From NCBI GenBank assembly GCA_963693055.1, contig OY843751.1, positions 992,001-1,056,000 of the forward strand: a stretch of DNA of 64,000 nucleotides, in the 5' to 3' direction. Positions 47,303 through 58,486 of this stretch are shown here, in pieces. Source of the DNA: a bacterium (GTDB taxonomy: Bacteria; Zhuqueibacterota; Zhuqueibacteria; Residuimicrobiales; Krinioviventaceae). The notes beneath the pieces were generated by a model, which saw only the letters and a list, made by a program, of their open reading frames with translations, was not told the DNA's origin and did no database searches. The translations under genes were made by a program, and so were the position numbers. Position 1 is the first letter of the stretch; the number at the start of each line of letters is the position of its first letter.

Positions 47303-49390
47303 ATGAAAAAACTTTTGACAATCCTATTATTGGGAGTTATCATGACTTCATGTACACAACAAAAAAATCCATTTTTACAAACATGGAACACTCCTTTTGG
47401 AACACCACCATTTGATAAAATTCAGGAAAAACATTATATACCCGCTTATCTGGAGGGTATGAAGCAGCAAATGGAAGAAGTTGATGCCATTATTAACAAT
47501 TCTGAAGATCCTACCTTTGAAAATACACTTGAAGCCCTTGACAATAGTGGAAAATTGCTTAATAAGGTAGATAATGTTTTTAGTAATTTAAATTCATCTA
47601 CCACAAATGATGAGTTGCAAAAGATCGCCAAAGAGGTTTCACCATTATTATCAAAGCATTTTGATGATATCTCGATGAACGACAAGCTTTTTGCACGTAT
47701 CAAAGCTGTTTATGACAAACGTGACCAGCTCGAATTGGATACTGAACAGTTTAAACTTTTGGAAAAATCATACAAGGATGCGGTACGTGGTGGCGCGCTT
47801 TTGAATGATGAACAAAAAGACAAGTTGAGAGCAATAAATGCAGAGCTTTCCAAATTGTCTTTGCAGTTTGGTGAAAATGTTTTAAAAGAAAACAATGAAT
47901 TTAAGATGGTTCTTGATAAAAAAGAAGATTTGGCCGGATTACCGGCCAGTGTTATTGCAGCAGCTGAAGAAGCCGCAAAAGAACATGGTGAAGAAGGCAA
48001 GTGGGTGTTTACCCTGCACAAACCAAGTTTAATCCCTTTTTTACAGTTTTCCGACAAAAGAGAATATCGTGAAATTATGCTGAAAGGATATATTGAACGT
48101 GGTAACCATAATAATGAGTTGGATAATAAAGATATACTGAAAAAGATGGCTTCTTTGCGTGTAAAACGCGCCAATCTGCTTGGTTATGAAACACACGCAC
48201 ACTATATCCTTGAAAAAAATATGGCAAAAGAGCCAGAGAATGTTTACGAGTTGTTGTGGAAATTATGGAAACCCGCTTTGAATAAGGCAAAGGCTGAAGC
48301 ATATGATCTGCAAGCCATGATCAATAAAGAGGGTGGTGATTTTAAACTCGAACCCTGGGACTGGTGGTATTATGCAGAAAAGATCAAGAAAGAAAAGTAC
48401 GAGCTGAACGAAGAAGAACTGCGCCCTTATTTTCAGTTAGAGAATGTAAGAGACGGTGCGTTTGCAGTGGCAAACAAACTCTATGGAATAACCTTTACAG
48501 AGCTGCAGGATGTTAAGGTTTATCATCCGGATGTTAAAGTCTTTGAAGTCAAAGATGCGGATGGATCACATGTAGGTGTTTTATATACCGACTATTTCCC
48601 CAGAGCCAGTAAACGCGGTGGTGCATGGATGAGCAGTTTTCGCAAACAATCTAACAATGGTGAATATATCACTCCTTTAATCACCAATACCTGTAATTTT
48701 ACCAAACCCACTGCTGATACACCTTCATTGCTCAGCCTTGAAGAAGTATCTACATTATTTCACGAGTTTGGCCACGCATTGCATGGATTGCTATCTGATT
48801 GTAAGTACAATGAACTTTCCGGAACGTCAGTTTCCAGAGATTTTGTAGAGCTGCCATCACAAATTATGGAAAACTGGGCCAGTGAGCCAGAAGTAATGAA
48901 AAGTTTTGCCAAACATTACAAAACGGGCGAGACGATTCCCGATGATCTGTTGGCCAAAATTGAAAATGCGGGTAAATTTAATCAGGGCTTTGCTACAGTT
49001 GAATATTTAGCCGCATCCTTTTTAGATATGGATTGGCATACACTTGCTGAAACAAAAGAACATGATGTTGATTCCTTTGAAAATGCAAGCATGCAAACCA
49101 TTGGTTTGATACCGGAAATTGTTGTGCGTTACAAGAGCCCATATTTTAGACATATTTTTGCAGGAGGATATTCTTCAGGTTATTACAGCTATATCTGGGC
49201 AGAAGTATTGGATGCAGATGCTTTTCAAGCATTTAAGGAAAACGGTATTTTTGACCGAGAAACTGCAATGGCGTTTCGCAACAATGTGCTTGCAAAAGGT
49301 GGCAGTGAAGATCCTATGAAGTTATATGTAAAGTTTAGAGGTCAGGAACCGGATATAAAAGCCCTTTTGGAACGAAGGGGCCTCAATTAA
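47303..49390 (+). CDS. dcp: M3 family peptidyl-dipeptidase Dcp, lipoprotein
   Basis: Lipobox IMTSC; KRGGAWM, FHEFGHALH, DFVELPSQ, GYYSYIWAEVLDAD. Confidence 0.93.
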   Translation: MKKLLTILLLGVIMTSCTQQKNPFLQTWNTPFGTPPFDKIQEKHYIPAYLEGMKQQMEEVDAIINNSEDPTFENTLEALDNSGKLLNKVDNVFSNLNSSTTNDELQKIAKEVSPLLSKHFDDISMNDKLFARIKAVYDKRDQLELDTEQFKLLEKSYKDAVRGGALLNDEQKDKLRAINAELSKLSLQFGENVLKENNEFKMVLDKKEDLAGLPASVIAAAEEAAKEHGEEGKWVFTLHKPSLIPFLQFSDKREYREIMLKGYIERGNHNNELDNKDILKKMASLRVKRANLLGYETHAHYILEKNMAKEPENVYELLWKLWKPALNKAKAEAYDLQAMINKEGGDFKLEPWDWWYYAEKIKKEKYELNEEELRPYFQLENVRDGAFAVANKLYGITFTELQDVKVYHPDVKVFEVKDADGSHVGVLYTDYFPRASKRGGAWMSSFRKQSNNGEYITPLITNTCNFTKPTADTPSLLSLEEVSTLFHEFGHALHGLLSDCKYNELSGTSVSRDFVELPSQIMENWASEPEVMKSFAKHYKTGETIPDDLLAKIENAGKFNQGFATVEYLAASFLDMDWHTLAETKEHDVDSFENASMQTIGLIPEIVVRYKSPYFRHIFAGGYSSGYYSYIWAEVLDADAFQAFKENGIFDRETAMAFRNNVLAKGGSEDPMKLYVKFRGQEPDIKALLERRGLN

Positions 49391-49401
49391 ACAAGTTTTT
49401 G

Positions 49402-49435
49402 AAAAAGGTCGTCTCTAACGAGACGGCCTTTTTTT
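49402..49435 (+). terminator. Intrinsic terminator after dcp
   Basis: AAAAAGGTCGTCTC-TAAC-GAGACGGCCTTTTTTT. Confidence 0.85.
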
Positions 49436-49561
49436 ATTTAACAATATACACTCCCCGGGAAAAATTTTATTATTATTGAAAAGTCTTGTTTAAAATCTAG
49501 TTTTTTTTAATTGTCAAGCAAAATAAGAACAATTTTTAGAATTCCTCTTGCATGTAATTAG

Positions 49562-49577
49562 TTGGCATAATTATTGT
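49562..49577 (+). promoter_or_regulatory. sigma54-like -24/-12 element upstream of MCP 1
   Basis: TTGGCATAATTATTGT; near-identical copy upstream of MCP 2; -12 is GT rather than GC. Confidence 0.5.
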
Positions 49578-49756
49578 CTTCTATTTAATAGCATGTTGAT
49601 ATTTACTTACATAATCAGAGTATAAGAACTATGTTATAAAAATCTATTGTTTGTCAAATTTTTGTTGAATATAAAATGTAAAAAAAATTCAAATTTCTTT
49701 TTTCATTAACTTTTTGTCAAGGGGGACGTAGTAAACTAAAGAAAGGATGTAATAAA

Positions 49757-51514
49757 ATGAAAATTCAAAAATTTGGAGTACTATTAAAACTTTTGATAGG
49801 AATTGTATCAATTATTGTTATAAACATAATTATGACACAGCACTTGAAACTCACTGATACGGGGAAAGTGAGTTATTCAATGGGGTATTATCTATTACTG
49901 ACTTTACAGATTTTAATTGCGGGTGTAACAATTTCTTTTATTGTATTTCAATTAAATAAAACGATTGGAATGCTTGACAAGTTGTTAATTGGTGATCTAG
50001 ATAATGATTTTAAATCAAGTACGAAAGATGAGTTTAGTCTTATAGCGCAATATTTGAATGATTTGCAGTTTAAATTGAAAGAAAAAATAATCTGGTATGA
50101 AAATATTCTTGATTCAATTCCATTTCCAATCTCTGTAACTGATATGAATATGAAATGGACTTTTATAAATAAACCTGTTGAAGATATGCTTAAAGTAAAA
50201 CGCGCCGATGTAATGGGGCAACAGTGTGAAAACTGGAATGCAAATATTTGTAAAACTGAAAATTGTGGAGTATTGCGTTTACGCAATGGTTTTAATGAAA
50301 CGTTTTTTAAACAGTTTGGGATGAATTTTAAAGTTGATTCTCAATATATACATGACTTAAAAGGAGAAAAAGTTGGACACATTGAAGTTGTACAGGATAT
50401 TACTTCCTTGTCAAGAATCTCTGAATACTTGAATTCTGAGGTAAGTTCATTGTCTGCTGATATACAACTCATGGCGCATGGTGATTTAACTGTTGAACCT
50501 GTTACAGGTGAGAGTGATGAATATACACATGATGCACGAAAGACGATGTTGCAATTGAATGATGCGTTAATACATACAATACGAAATATGGGTGAAAAGT
50601 TAGGCCAGGTTCAAGCTGCTTCAGACCAGGTAAGTAGTGGTGCTCAACAGATGGCCCAAGCCAGTCAATCTTTAGCTCAAGGTGCTTCAGAGCAGGCAAG
50701 TAATATTGAAGAGATAACAAGCAGTATGCAGGAAATGGGTGCTATGACAAATCAAAATACAGCAACTGCGAAAGAAGCTTTGATTTTATCTCGTGAATCT
50801 ATTAATACTGCTGAAAAATCTTCAGAAAGTATGCAAAAATTATCAGAAGCAATTCAAAAGATTAAGGAATCTTCTGATGAAACTTCAAAAATAATAAAGA
50901 CAATTGACGAAATTGCATTTCAAACCAATTTGTTAGCGCTAAACGCCGCGGTAGAAGCAGCTCGTGCGGGTGAAGCCGGTAAAGGTTTTGCGGTTGTTGC
51001 TGAAGAAGTTAGAAATCTTGCTATGCGTAGTGCTGAAGCAGCCCGTGAAACATCTTTGATGATTGAGACAGCTATTAACAATTCTGATAATGGTGTTTCT
51101 TTAAATACAGAGGTGACTGAATCACTTCAGGAAATGATCAGTCAGGTAAATAAAATTGAAGAGCTTGTAGAAGAGATTTCCTCTGCTAGTAACCAGCAAA
51201 AAGAAGGAATTGATCAGGTAAGCGATGCAATGGAACAAATGAGTAATGTTATTCAACAAAACTCGGCTAATTCTGAAGAGACAGCTAGCGTTGCTGAAGA
51301 ACTTACAAGTCAGGCCCAAGTAATGAAAGAAATGGTGAGTGAATTTAAAATTAAATCAACTCTATCTGCCTCCAAAACAGTAAAATCTCAATCTTTTAGC
51401 AATAATACCAGGATAGCCAAAAGAGAGCAGGGTAATCAACAAAATGAAAAATCAATATCGTCACCTGAACAGTTAATTCCATTTGAAGATGATGATGTTT
51501 TTAATGAATTTTAA
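49757..51514 (+). CDS. Methyl-accepting chemotaxis protein (2 TM, HAMP, PAS, MA domain)
   Basis: [37 protein letters not shown]; [16 protein letters not shown]; C-terminal [13 protein letters not shown]. Confidence 0.95.
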   Translation: MKIQKFGVLLKLLIGIVSIIVINIIMTQHLKLTDTGKVSYSMGYYLLLTLQILIAGVTISFIVFQLNKTIGMLDKLLIGDLDNDFKSSTKDEFSLIAQYLNDLQFKLKEKIIWYENILDSIPFPISVTDMNMKWTFINKPVEDMLKVKRADVMGQQCENWNANICKTENCGVLRLRNGFNETFFKQFGMNFKVDSQYIHDLKGEKVGHIEVVQDITSLSRISEYLNSEVSSLSADIQLMAHGDLTVEPVTGESDEYTHDARKTMLQLNDALIHTIRNMGEKLGQVQAASDQVSSGAQQMAQASQSLAQGASEQASNIEEITSSMQEMGAMTNQNTATAKEALILSRESINTAEKSSESMQKLSEAIQKIKESSDETSKIIKTIDEIAFQTNLLALNAAVEAARAGEAGKGFAVVAEEVRNLAMRSAEAARETSLMIETAINNSDNGVSLNTEVTESLQEMISQVNKIEELVEEISSASNQQKEGIDQVSDAMEQMSNVIQQNSANSEETASVAEELTSQAQVMKEMVSEFKIKSTLSASKTVKSQSFSNNTRIAKREQGNQQNEKSISSPEQLIPFEDDDVFNEF

Positions 51515-51606
51515 AAAATTATAAATCAAGGAACCATAAAAGAAAATATCAGAGAATCTGATTCAGTTTTTATCTCTATTTTAAAATATGGTGTTTTGAT
51601 TGTTTC

Positions 51607-51646
51607 AACAGGCCGTTTCTTTTGAGACGGCCTGTTTTGTTTTTTT
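51607..51646 (+). terminator. Intrinsic terminator after MCP 1
   Basis: AACAGGCCGTTTC-TTTT-GAGACGGCCTGTT + T-rich tail. Confidence 0.8.
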
Positions 51647-51780
51647 AAAGTAATCTTTTTTTCCTGCCTCTGGGGAATTTTATTCAAAGTCTTGTATCGT
51701 TCTGTAGAAAAAATATATACACAAATTTTTCAAATCCCTTAAAAACAACTTGTTAGTTGAAAGCTTACTTTTGTCTTGTA

Positions 51781-51796
51781 TTGGCATAATAGTTGT
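51781..51796 (+). promoter_or_regulatory. sigma54-like -24/-12 element upstream of MCP 2
   Basis: TTGGCATAATAGTTGT, about 190 bp before the ATG, as for MCP 1. Confidence 0.5.
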
Positions 51797-51972
51797 TATT
51801 AGTTGCCATTAAGTACTGTAATACAATCTTGCCAAATTTGAGATTTTAAAGATTTTTATGTCTTGCAATTTAAAATCTTGACTGCAGTAAAAAAATATGA
51901 TAATACAAAAAAAATATTTTGATTTTTGGAAATCAAAGATTTAACGCTATTGTGCAGAAGGGACATTTCAAA

Positions 51973-53736
51973 ATGAAACTACAAAAGAGTGGGGTCCTAT
52001 TACGGCTTGGAGCAGGGTTTATATCCATCATCGTTATTAATTTTTTTATGATTCAGCAATTAAAACTCACAGATGCCGGAGAGCTAGAGCTTTCATTGGG
52101 TTTTTATTTGTTATTAGCTTTGCAGGTTTTAATTGCAGGCATTGTTTTGTTTTCAATTGTTAAACCATTACATAAAACGATTTCCATGCTGGATACACTT
52201 TTAACAGGTGATCTTGATGATAATTTTAAAACCAGTAGTAAAGATGAGTTTGGTTTAATTACTCAATATATAAATGATCTTCAGGAAAAAATTAAAGAAC
52301 GTATTGTTTGGTATCAGAATATTCTCGATGCCTTACCTTTCCCGGTATCTGTGACTGATATGAATATGAAGTGGACATTCATAAATAAAGCTGTTGAAGA
52401 CATGATCAATCAGAAACGCGAACAGGTGTTGGGTAAAAACTGCAATAACTGGAACACAGCTGTCTGTAAAACAGAGAATTGTCCCTTGCATCGTTTAAAA
52501 AATGGTGAAAATCAAACACTATTAGAATTGTATGGATTTAACTTTAGTGCAGAAGCTGCATACGTGCATGATCCCGCGGGCAAGACAATTGGGATGATGG
52601 AAGTTTTGATTGATGTTACAAAGTCAACACGCATTAATAATTATCTTGATAATGAAATACATACCTTGTCTGAAGATTTAATACGCATGTCGCAGGGAGA
52701 TTTAACAGTTGAACCTGTAACAGAAGATGGTGACGAGTATACCCAAAAAACCCGTGAAGCAATATTAAAATTGAACAATTCATTGACTCAGACCATCCGT
52801 AATATGGCAGAAAAACTTGAACAGGTAAAAGCAGCTTCAGATCAGGTTAGCAGTGGTGCACATCAGATGGCACAGGCAAGCCAATCATTGGCACAGGGTG
52901 CTTCTGAACAGGCCAGTAACATTGAAGAGGTTTCAAGTAGTATGCAGGAAATGAGTGCAATGACTAGTCAGAATACTGCAACTGCTAAAGCGGCACTGGA
53001 CTTGTCGCGCGAGTCACGAAATACTGCCGAAAAATCGTCATCCAGTATGGAAAAACTATCAGAAGCGATTCAAAGGATAAAATCATCTTCGGATGAAACT
53101 TTTAAAATTATAAAAACCATTGATGAAATTGCATTCCAAACCAATCTGTTGGCGTTGAACGCTGCTGTAGAAGCGGCCCGTGCTGGTGAAGCAGGTAAAG
53201 GATTTGCCGTTGTTGCAGAAGAAGTAAGAAATCTTGCCATGAGAAGTGCGGATGCTGCCCGTGAAACATCCGATATGATAGAAGCAGCTATCAACAACTC
53301 GGATGATGGAGTTAAATTGAATTTAGAGGTTACCGAGTCTTTGCAGGAGATGATAAGTCAGGTCAATAAAATTGAAGAACTGGTAGATGAAATTGCATCG
53401 GCAAGTGATCAACAAAAAGACGGCATTGATCAGGTAAGCAATGCAATGGAACAAATGAGTAATGTTACACAACAGAACTCGGCAAATTCTGAAGAGACCG
53501 CCAGTGTTGCTGAAGAGCTGACAAGTCAGGCTGAGGTTATGAAAGAGATGGTTTCAGAATTTAAAATAAATTTAAGCCAATCTATGTCTGCATCTGTCAA
53601 GCCCCAAACATCTAACGGAAACGGAAAACATAGCTTTGATGTACCTCGGGTAGCAATACGAGAACAAAAAGCCAAGTCAGAAAAATCACCAGAACAGTTG
53701 ATTCCATTTGATGAAGATGCTTTTGATGGATTTTAG
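51973..53736 (+). CDS. Methyl-accepting chemotaxis protein, tandem paralog
   Basis: Same architecture as 49757-51514; ATG 51973 (MKLQKSG aligns with MKIQKFG); C-terminal [12 protein letters not shown]. Confidence 0.95.
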   Translation: MKLQKSGVLLRLGAGFISIIVINFFMIQQLKLTDAGELELSLGFYLLLALQVLIAGIVLFSIVKPLHKTISMLDTLLTGDLDDNFKTSSKDEFGLITQYINDLQEKIKERIVWYQNILDALPFPVSVTDMNMKWTFINKAVEDMINQKREQVLGKNCNNWNTAVCKTENCPLHRLKNGENQTLLELYGFNFSAEAAYVHDPAGKTIGMMEVLIDVTKSTRINNYLDNEIHTLSEDLIRMSQGDLTVEPVTEDGDEYTQKTREAILKLNNSLTQTIRNMAEKLEQVKAASDQVSSGAHQMAQASQSLAQGASEQASNIEEVSSSMQEMSAMTSQNTATAKAALDLSRESRNTAEKSSSSMEKLSEAIQRIKSSSDETFKIIKTIDEIAFQTNLLALNAAVEAARAGEAGKGFAVVAEEVRNLAMRSADAARETSDMIEAAINNSDDGVKLNLEVTESLQEMISQVNKIEELVDEIASASDQQKDGIDQVSNAMEQMSNVTQQNSANSEETASVAEELTSQAEVMKEMVSEFKINLSQSMSASVKPQTSNGNGKHSFDVPRVAIREQKAKSEKSPEQLIPFDEDAFDGF

Positions 53737-53758
53737 GGATAACAAGAGGTAAATAATT

Positions 53759-53794
53759 GGGGCTATTTCAATTTCTGAAATAGCCCCTTTTTTT
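53759..53794. terminator. Terminator between convergent genes
   Basis: GGGGCTATTTCA-ATTTC-TGAAATAGCCCC + T-run. Confidence 0.8.
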
Positions 53795-56579
53795 ATTTAT
53801 TTTTTTCTGCTCTGATCTTGTCTTCTTTGATGCTGTTTTCAAGCATGTCGGCAGGATGATCCAGTATTGGGGAATCTGCAACGGCTTTCCAATTGAAATT
53901 TTCATCAAAGGGATCGAGTGCTTTTTGCGGATCAAATATACGCGTGTCCGGCGAAAGAGCGTTATAAGGGGTAAAATCAGGTTCGTTTGTAAAAAAATCT
54001 GACATGTCTGATGCTCCTGCATCGTATTGGTTCAAGTAGGGAAGCCCTAAAATATGCCAGAATGTTTTAAAGATGCTGCCAAAACTGTAATGTACATGGC
54101 TAACATAATTCTTTTTGACCCAGGGAGAAATCACCATTAACACGCTCCGGTGTGCGTCAATATGATCAACACCGCCCTGTGAATCATCTTCAGTAATGAC
54201 GATTGCCATATTTTTCCAATAGGGAGTATGAGACAAAAATTCAATCATACGGCCAACGGCCAGATCGTTATCTACCATATAGCTTTCTCTAAAGGGGTAG
54301 CCATCTTTGGGGCGTTCACCGGAACCATGATCATTGGGAACCATGATCGTAATTACTGACGGCATGGTCTTTCCTTCACCCATCCAGCGATCATTGAATT
54401 CTTTGAGAAACATGTCGATACGGAACTGATCCGGAATACCCGTGTTGTAGGTGGCATAAATCTTTGATGATTTGTCATAGATTGGTGCCGGAACCGGATA
54501 GTTGACAACATAACGAACGCCGGTATATTTGAAAACATTCTCGCCATAAGAGGGAGCAAGCTCAAGCCCGAATCCAAAATTAAAGAAATCGATCTTGTTT
54601 CGCTCCAGATGGTCCCAAATTGAACCCGCTTCGTTATAATCTTCAGGATAGATTGCACCGGTTGCGCCAACAAACGCAAGGTTGCCGGGAGCAGCAGAGC
54701 CTTCGCGCATTCTTCTGCCGCCGCCATAACTTGCAGATACACTGGTCTCGACCCACTCGTTGGGGTAGGTATTGACCAGCCAGCGATGACCATCAGCCGA
54801 GTGATCGGAATCGCAATAGAAATTATCTGAAATTGCAAAACGCTTTGCCAGTTCAAGGTGGTTACGCATTACGGTTGCATTTTCTACTGATCTTTTTTTA
54901 TCATCACTTTTAAAGCTAACACCGGCTCCATAACGGGCAAGTGAGGGTTCACCATTTCCATTTTCAACCTGTCCAAAGACTTCGTCATACGTTCGGTTTT
55001 CTTTGGATACAAATACAATATGTTTGATGGGTGACTCTTTTTGTCCGGGAAAGAGGGGAATGGGGTTGTCACCACGGTTTTGAACCGCTTTTTCTGTAAC
55101 TTGCTCAAAGTTGAAATTGTTCTCTATAACCTTTTGTGTGAGCGATTTTAATTCACCATCAGCGGGAATGTCCATTACTGTTACGGTACCTTTCATTAAT
55201 CTGCCTATGTTACTACCTTCAGGACCGGGATCAAACGCGGGGCCGCCATTAGGACCGCTGCCAAAACCTTTTGCATTGGCAACAATGAGCTTTTTACCAT
55301 CTTTGCTTACTCTGATTTTTGAGGGAAACCAACCTGCGGGAATGTGCCCCAACAGTTCCATCTTTTCAATATCCAGTACACCAATTGCATTAACACCAGA
55401 TTCTGCAACATATAGCCGTTTTCTGTCAGGTGACAATGCCAGACCAAAGGGGATTACTCCCCTGAGCTGTCCCAGACGTTTGTCTACAGATAAAAAGATG
55501 TTTTGTACAACCGTATCTTGTTGGGTATCGATAACGGAAATACAATCGTTATTGCCGTTGCTTACAAATATATATTGATCCGTTGCAACAACCGAATTTG
55601 GGCTTGCTCCGCCAACTGCGGGAAAATCTTCAACCATTTCACCCACGAGAATACCTGTTTTTATTTTTGCAGTAACCTTTGGGGGTACCTGTTCAAGATC
55701 CACTTTCCAAACAGAAAAGGATTCAGGAACATTCGGGTCACCCAAGCCAGGTACTTTAACCGAGTCTGTATCAATACCCTCTTTAGCTTCTTTAGTATTG
55801 TAACCAAATGGTGGGTAATGCAGAGCTGTGCCTTGCATATTTTTCGGGTCAACGCTGCTGATATATTTATATTCAAACATACCTACATTGGCTACCCATG
55901 CATGTTTTCCATCGGGAGACAGGGTAATGCCAAAAGGATACCGACCTGTGGGAACGTTGTATTTAATTTCTTGGGTTTGTGTATCAATGACCAACAACCG
56001 GAAATTGATTTGATCTACCGCATAGAGTGTAGAACCATCATGGCTCAAAACCATATCGCCAATATAGCCGTGAGTAAAGTCAACAACATTATCTTTGTAA
56101 CCGCATTCAATCTGTCCTTTAGATTCACCGGTTGTCACGTCGAACATAAAAATACGGTTTTCCTGGCCACCTGCAACATATACAGTTTTGTTATCCGGGG
56201 TGATTGCAAGCCCCATGAATACAGCGGCCAGGGTGCCGTCGTCATTTTCAACACCGGGAGGAACTTGTTGAATGTCCGGTTCATCACTGGTTACATTTCG
56301 TAATAGTGTTATGGAAAAGGGACGCGTACCTGAGTTGGCTGTAACGGCAACACTTCCATCAGGACTAAGCGTTAATCCATACGGATGCGGAGCAACCGTA
56401 TAGGTTTTACCCAAAGGGGTGACGATTCGACCATTGGGTATAATGGTCTCACCTAGTTTGTTGATTTGGGTGATCTTTTTTTCTGCGGGTGCCGAGACCG
56501 TCCATTTTTTGTTATTTTGTGATCCACATGACATTGTGAAAAACGCTGCAAGAAACAGTAGTAAAACGATTTTTTTCAT
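53793..56579 (-). CDS. Lipoprotein: YncE/YVTN beta-propeller fused to phosphoesterase (alkaline phosphatase superfamily)
   Basis: Lipobox TMSC; PYGLTLSPDG, PFGITLSPDG repeats; IKHIVFVSKENRTYD, SDNFY..S.DGH.W, PNDH, EDDSQGGVDHIDAHRS; ATG 56579. Confidence 0.88.
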   Translation of the reverse strand: MKKIVLLLFLAAFFTMSCGSQNNKKWTVSAPAEKKITQINKLGETIIPNGRIVTPLGKTYTVAPHPYGLTLSPDGSVAVTANSGTRPFSITLLRNVTSDEPDIQQVPPGVENDDGTLAAVFMGLAITPDNKTVYVAGGQENRIFMFDVTTGESKGQIECGYKDNVVDFTHGYIGDMVLSHDGSTLYAVDQINFRLLVIDTQTQEIKYNVPTGRYPFGITLSPDGKHAWVANVGMFEYKYISSVDPKNMQGTALHYPPFGYNTKEAKEGIDTDSVKVPGLGDPNVPESFSVWKVDLEQVPPKVTAKIKTGILVGEMVEDFPAVGGASPNSVVATDQYIFVSNGNNDCISVIDTQQDTVVQNIFLSVDKRLGQLRGVIPFGLALSPDRKRLYVAESGVNAIGVLDIEKMELLGHIPAGWFPSKIRVSKDGKKLIVANAKGFGSGPNGGPAFDPGPEGSNIGRLMKGTVTVMDIPADGELKSLTQKVIENNFNFEQVTEKAVQNRGDNPIPLFPGQKESPIKHIVFVSKENRTYDEVFGQVENGNGEPSLARYGAGVSFKSDDKKRSVENATVMRNHLELAKRFAISDNFYCDSDHSADGHRWLVNTYPNEWVETSVSASYGGGRRMREGSAAPGNLAFVGATGAIYPEDYNEAGSIWDHLERNKIDFFNFGFGLELAPSYGENVFKYTGVRYVVNYPVPAPIYDKSSKIYATYNTGIPDQFRIDMFLKEFNDRWMGEGKTMPSVITIMVPNDHGSGERPKDGYPFRESYMVDNDLAVGRMIEFLSHTPYWKNMAIVITEDDSQGGVDHIDAHRSVLMVISPWVKKNYVSHVHYSFGSIFKTFWHILGLPYLNQYDAGASDMSDFFTNEPDFTPYNALSPDTRIFDPQKALDPFDENFNWKAVADSPILDHPADMLENSIKEDKIRAEKNK

Positions 56580-56822
56580 AATTCCTCCATATTTGCCAAT
56601 ACAGTAACATTCTGTAATGTAAAACAATTTCCAATAACAAGTTCTGTTTAAATTTAATGAATTTTATTTTTTACTTGATTTTTAACACTTTTTTCATTTT
56701 TATAAAGATAGGGGTTTTGTTGATCCAAATATTAACAAAATCAACCAACCGCAGCACCGGCATTACAATTATAATTAATCATTAATGTTGTAGGAATGCA
56801 GTAGAGTCTATGGAGGGCTTTT

Positions 56823-58094
56823 ATGAGACTTAAAGCAGTATTCTTATTGGGGGTATGGTTATGTTTTACCTGCCCGGTGTTTTCTCAATTATCAGAATGT
56901 CGTATTGATTTCAATACCGCAGGTGATGGAACGAATGTCTATGGCGGCAACACCTGGAATTTGAAAACCCACGTTGTAAAATCTGGTTTGGCTTTGACCA
57001 ATATTGATGGGAGTTCAGCCGGAGGAGCCAGCATTAGATTGGATGCGTACTATAATGATGCGTTGCCCAACGGAAACTGGAGCTTGGGAAATGTAGGTTG
57101 GATATATTCTACTACGGGTGTAGGGGCCGACCAATTGTTTTATACAGGTGCAGCAGATGTTACGACTTTTATCTATTTGGAAAACCTTACCGAAGGTTAT
57201 TATCGTGTAGATCTGGTTGTAAGTTATTCTTATACAGGCACCTATTATAGCAGTGATTATCAGATCGGCAGCAATTATGGTGTTGTACGAGAACCAGGTG
57301 GAGACATTGTTAGTGGTATGACCGGTCAGGGATTTAATCCCAATGTGGGATATAATGATGGCAGGTATGTGTCGTGGTCTGATATCGTTCCGGATGATGG
57401 AGCAATCTCTGTACAAATATCCGGCAGTAACCATAACATGATCAATGCATTGCGAATTGTTTACATGGGAGATTTATCTTTACCTGTTGATCTTTCCATG
57501 ATGCAGGCAAATTGGAAGGATGGAAAACTTTTAGTAGAATGGAGCACTGCAAGTGAACAAGATAACCTGGGATTTGAAATACATCGTTCCTGTTCTGAGA
57601 TGGGCGAGTTTGAAAGGATTGCCAGTTATTTGGATCGTTCCGAATTGAAGAGTAAAGGTAATTCTACAACGATCAGTCAATATGCATATACAGATCTTGA
57701 TGCCAATTTTGATGACAACTATTGGTACAAAATTGTTGATGTGGATATTGCCGGTAATCGCACGGAACATGGACCATTCAAAGTTCAAGCAGAGGGAGAG
57801 CAAGCAAAGCATCTTGACCGGTTTGAGCTTTATCCGTGTTATCCTAATCCTTTTAATCCGGTGACACGAATCGATTTTGATCTGCCTGGTGATCAATATA
57901 CGCAAATTACAATTTACAATGTATTGGGAAAACCCGTATGTGAATTGGTAAACAGTCAATTACCGGCCGGTAGACATTCAGTTACATGGGACGCCAAAGA
58001 TTCAAAAGGAAATGAATTAGCCGGAGGTGTGTATTTTGTTCATGTTTCAAGTGGTTCATTCAACAAAGTGACAAAAATTATATACTTGAAATAA
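56823..58094 (+). CDS. Secreted protein with Ig-like and T9SS/FlgD sorting domains
   Basis: Signal peptide; SLPVDL..WSTASEQDNLGFEI module; CYPNPFNP; N-terminal domain not recognised. Confidence 0.8.
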   Translation: MRLKAVFLLGVWLCFTCPVFSQLSECRIDFNTAGDGTNVYGGNTWNLKTHVVKSGLALTNIDGSSAGGASIRLDAYYNDALPNGNWSLGNVGWIYSTTGVGADQLFYTGAADVTTFIYLENLTEGYYRVDLVVSYSYTGTYYSSDYQIGSNYGVVREPGGDIVSGMTGQGFNPNVGYNDGRYVSWSDIVPDDGAISVQISGSNHNMINALRIVYMGDLSLPVDLSMMQANWKDGKLLVEWSTASEQDNLGFEIHRSCSEMGEFERIASYLDRSELKSKGNSTTISQYAYTDLDANFDDNYWYKIVDVDIAGNRTEHGPFKVQAEGEQAKHLDRFELYPCYPNPFNPVTRIDFDLPGDQYTQITIYNVLGKPVCELVNSQLPAGRHSVTWDAKDSKGNELAGGVYFVHVSSGSFNKVTKIIYLK

Positions 58095-58159
58095 CATCTG
58101 TTGCATTTTAATGGATTAGTCATTATTTTCATCCTTGTACCAATATATGGAGCTAAAGA

Positions 58160-58477
58160 ATGGCCTGGTTTTTTCTTTTTATTGCCGGTGTGATGGAGAT
58201 TACCTGGGTGTTGGGGATGAAGTTTTCAGAGGGTTTTAGCAGACTCTGGCCAAGTATAATGACAGTTATTGCAATGACTTTTAGTATGTATTTTTTATCT
58301 CGTGCTATCAAGGTAATTCCCATTGGGACCGGTTACGCGGTTTGGACCGGAATTGGGGCAGCAGGCACTGCGATTATTGGTATGCTGTATTTTGACGAGT
58401 CCCGATCTTTTTTGCGAATGATTTGCATTGTTTGCATTGTATTTGGAACTGTAGGGCTCAAAGTGTTTTCAAAATAG
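58160..58477 (+). CDS. sugE: SMR family exporter (SugE/Gdx-like)
   Basis: 105 aa, 4 TM; AGVMEITW..GMKFSEGF, IPIGTGYAVWTGIGA. Confidence 0.88.
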   Translation: MAWFFLFIAGVMEITWVLGMKFSEGFSRLWPSIMTVIAMTFSMYFLSRAIKVIPIGTGYAVWTGIGAAGTAIIGMLYFDESRSFLRMICIVCIVFGTVGLKVFSK

Positions 58478-58486
58478 GCTGATATA

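Noticed and set aside
55503-56303. 266 aa plus-strand ORF and similar long antisense ORFs (25153-25650, 47710-48174, 63597-63956)
   Set aside because: Antisense to well-supported genes, no recognisable motifs or RBS
58095-58159. Guanidine riboswitch upstream of sugE/gdx
   Set aside because: Only 65 bp, AT-rich, no ACGR hairpins or other guanidine-I/II/III features visible
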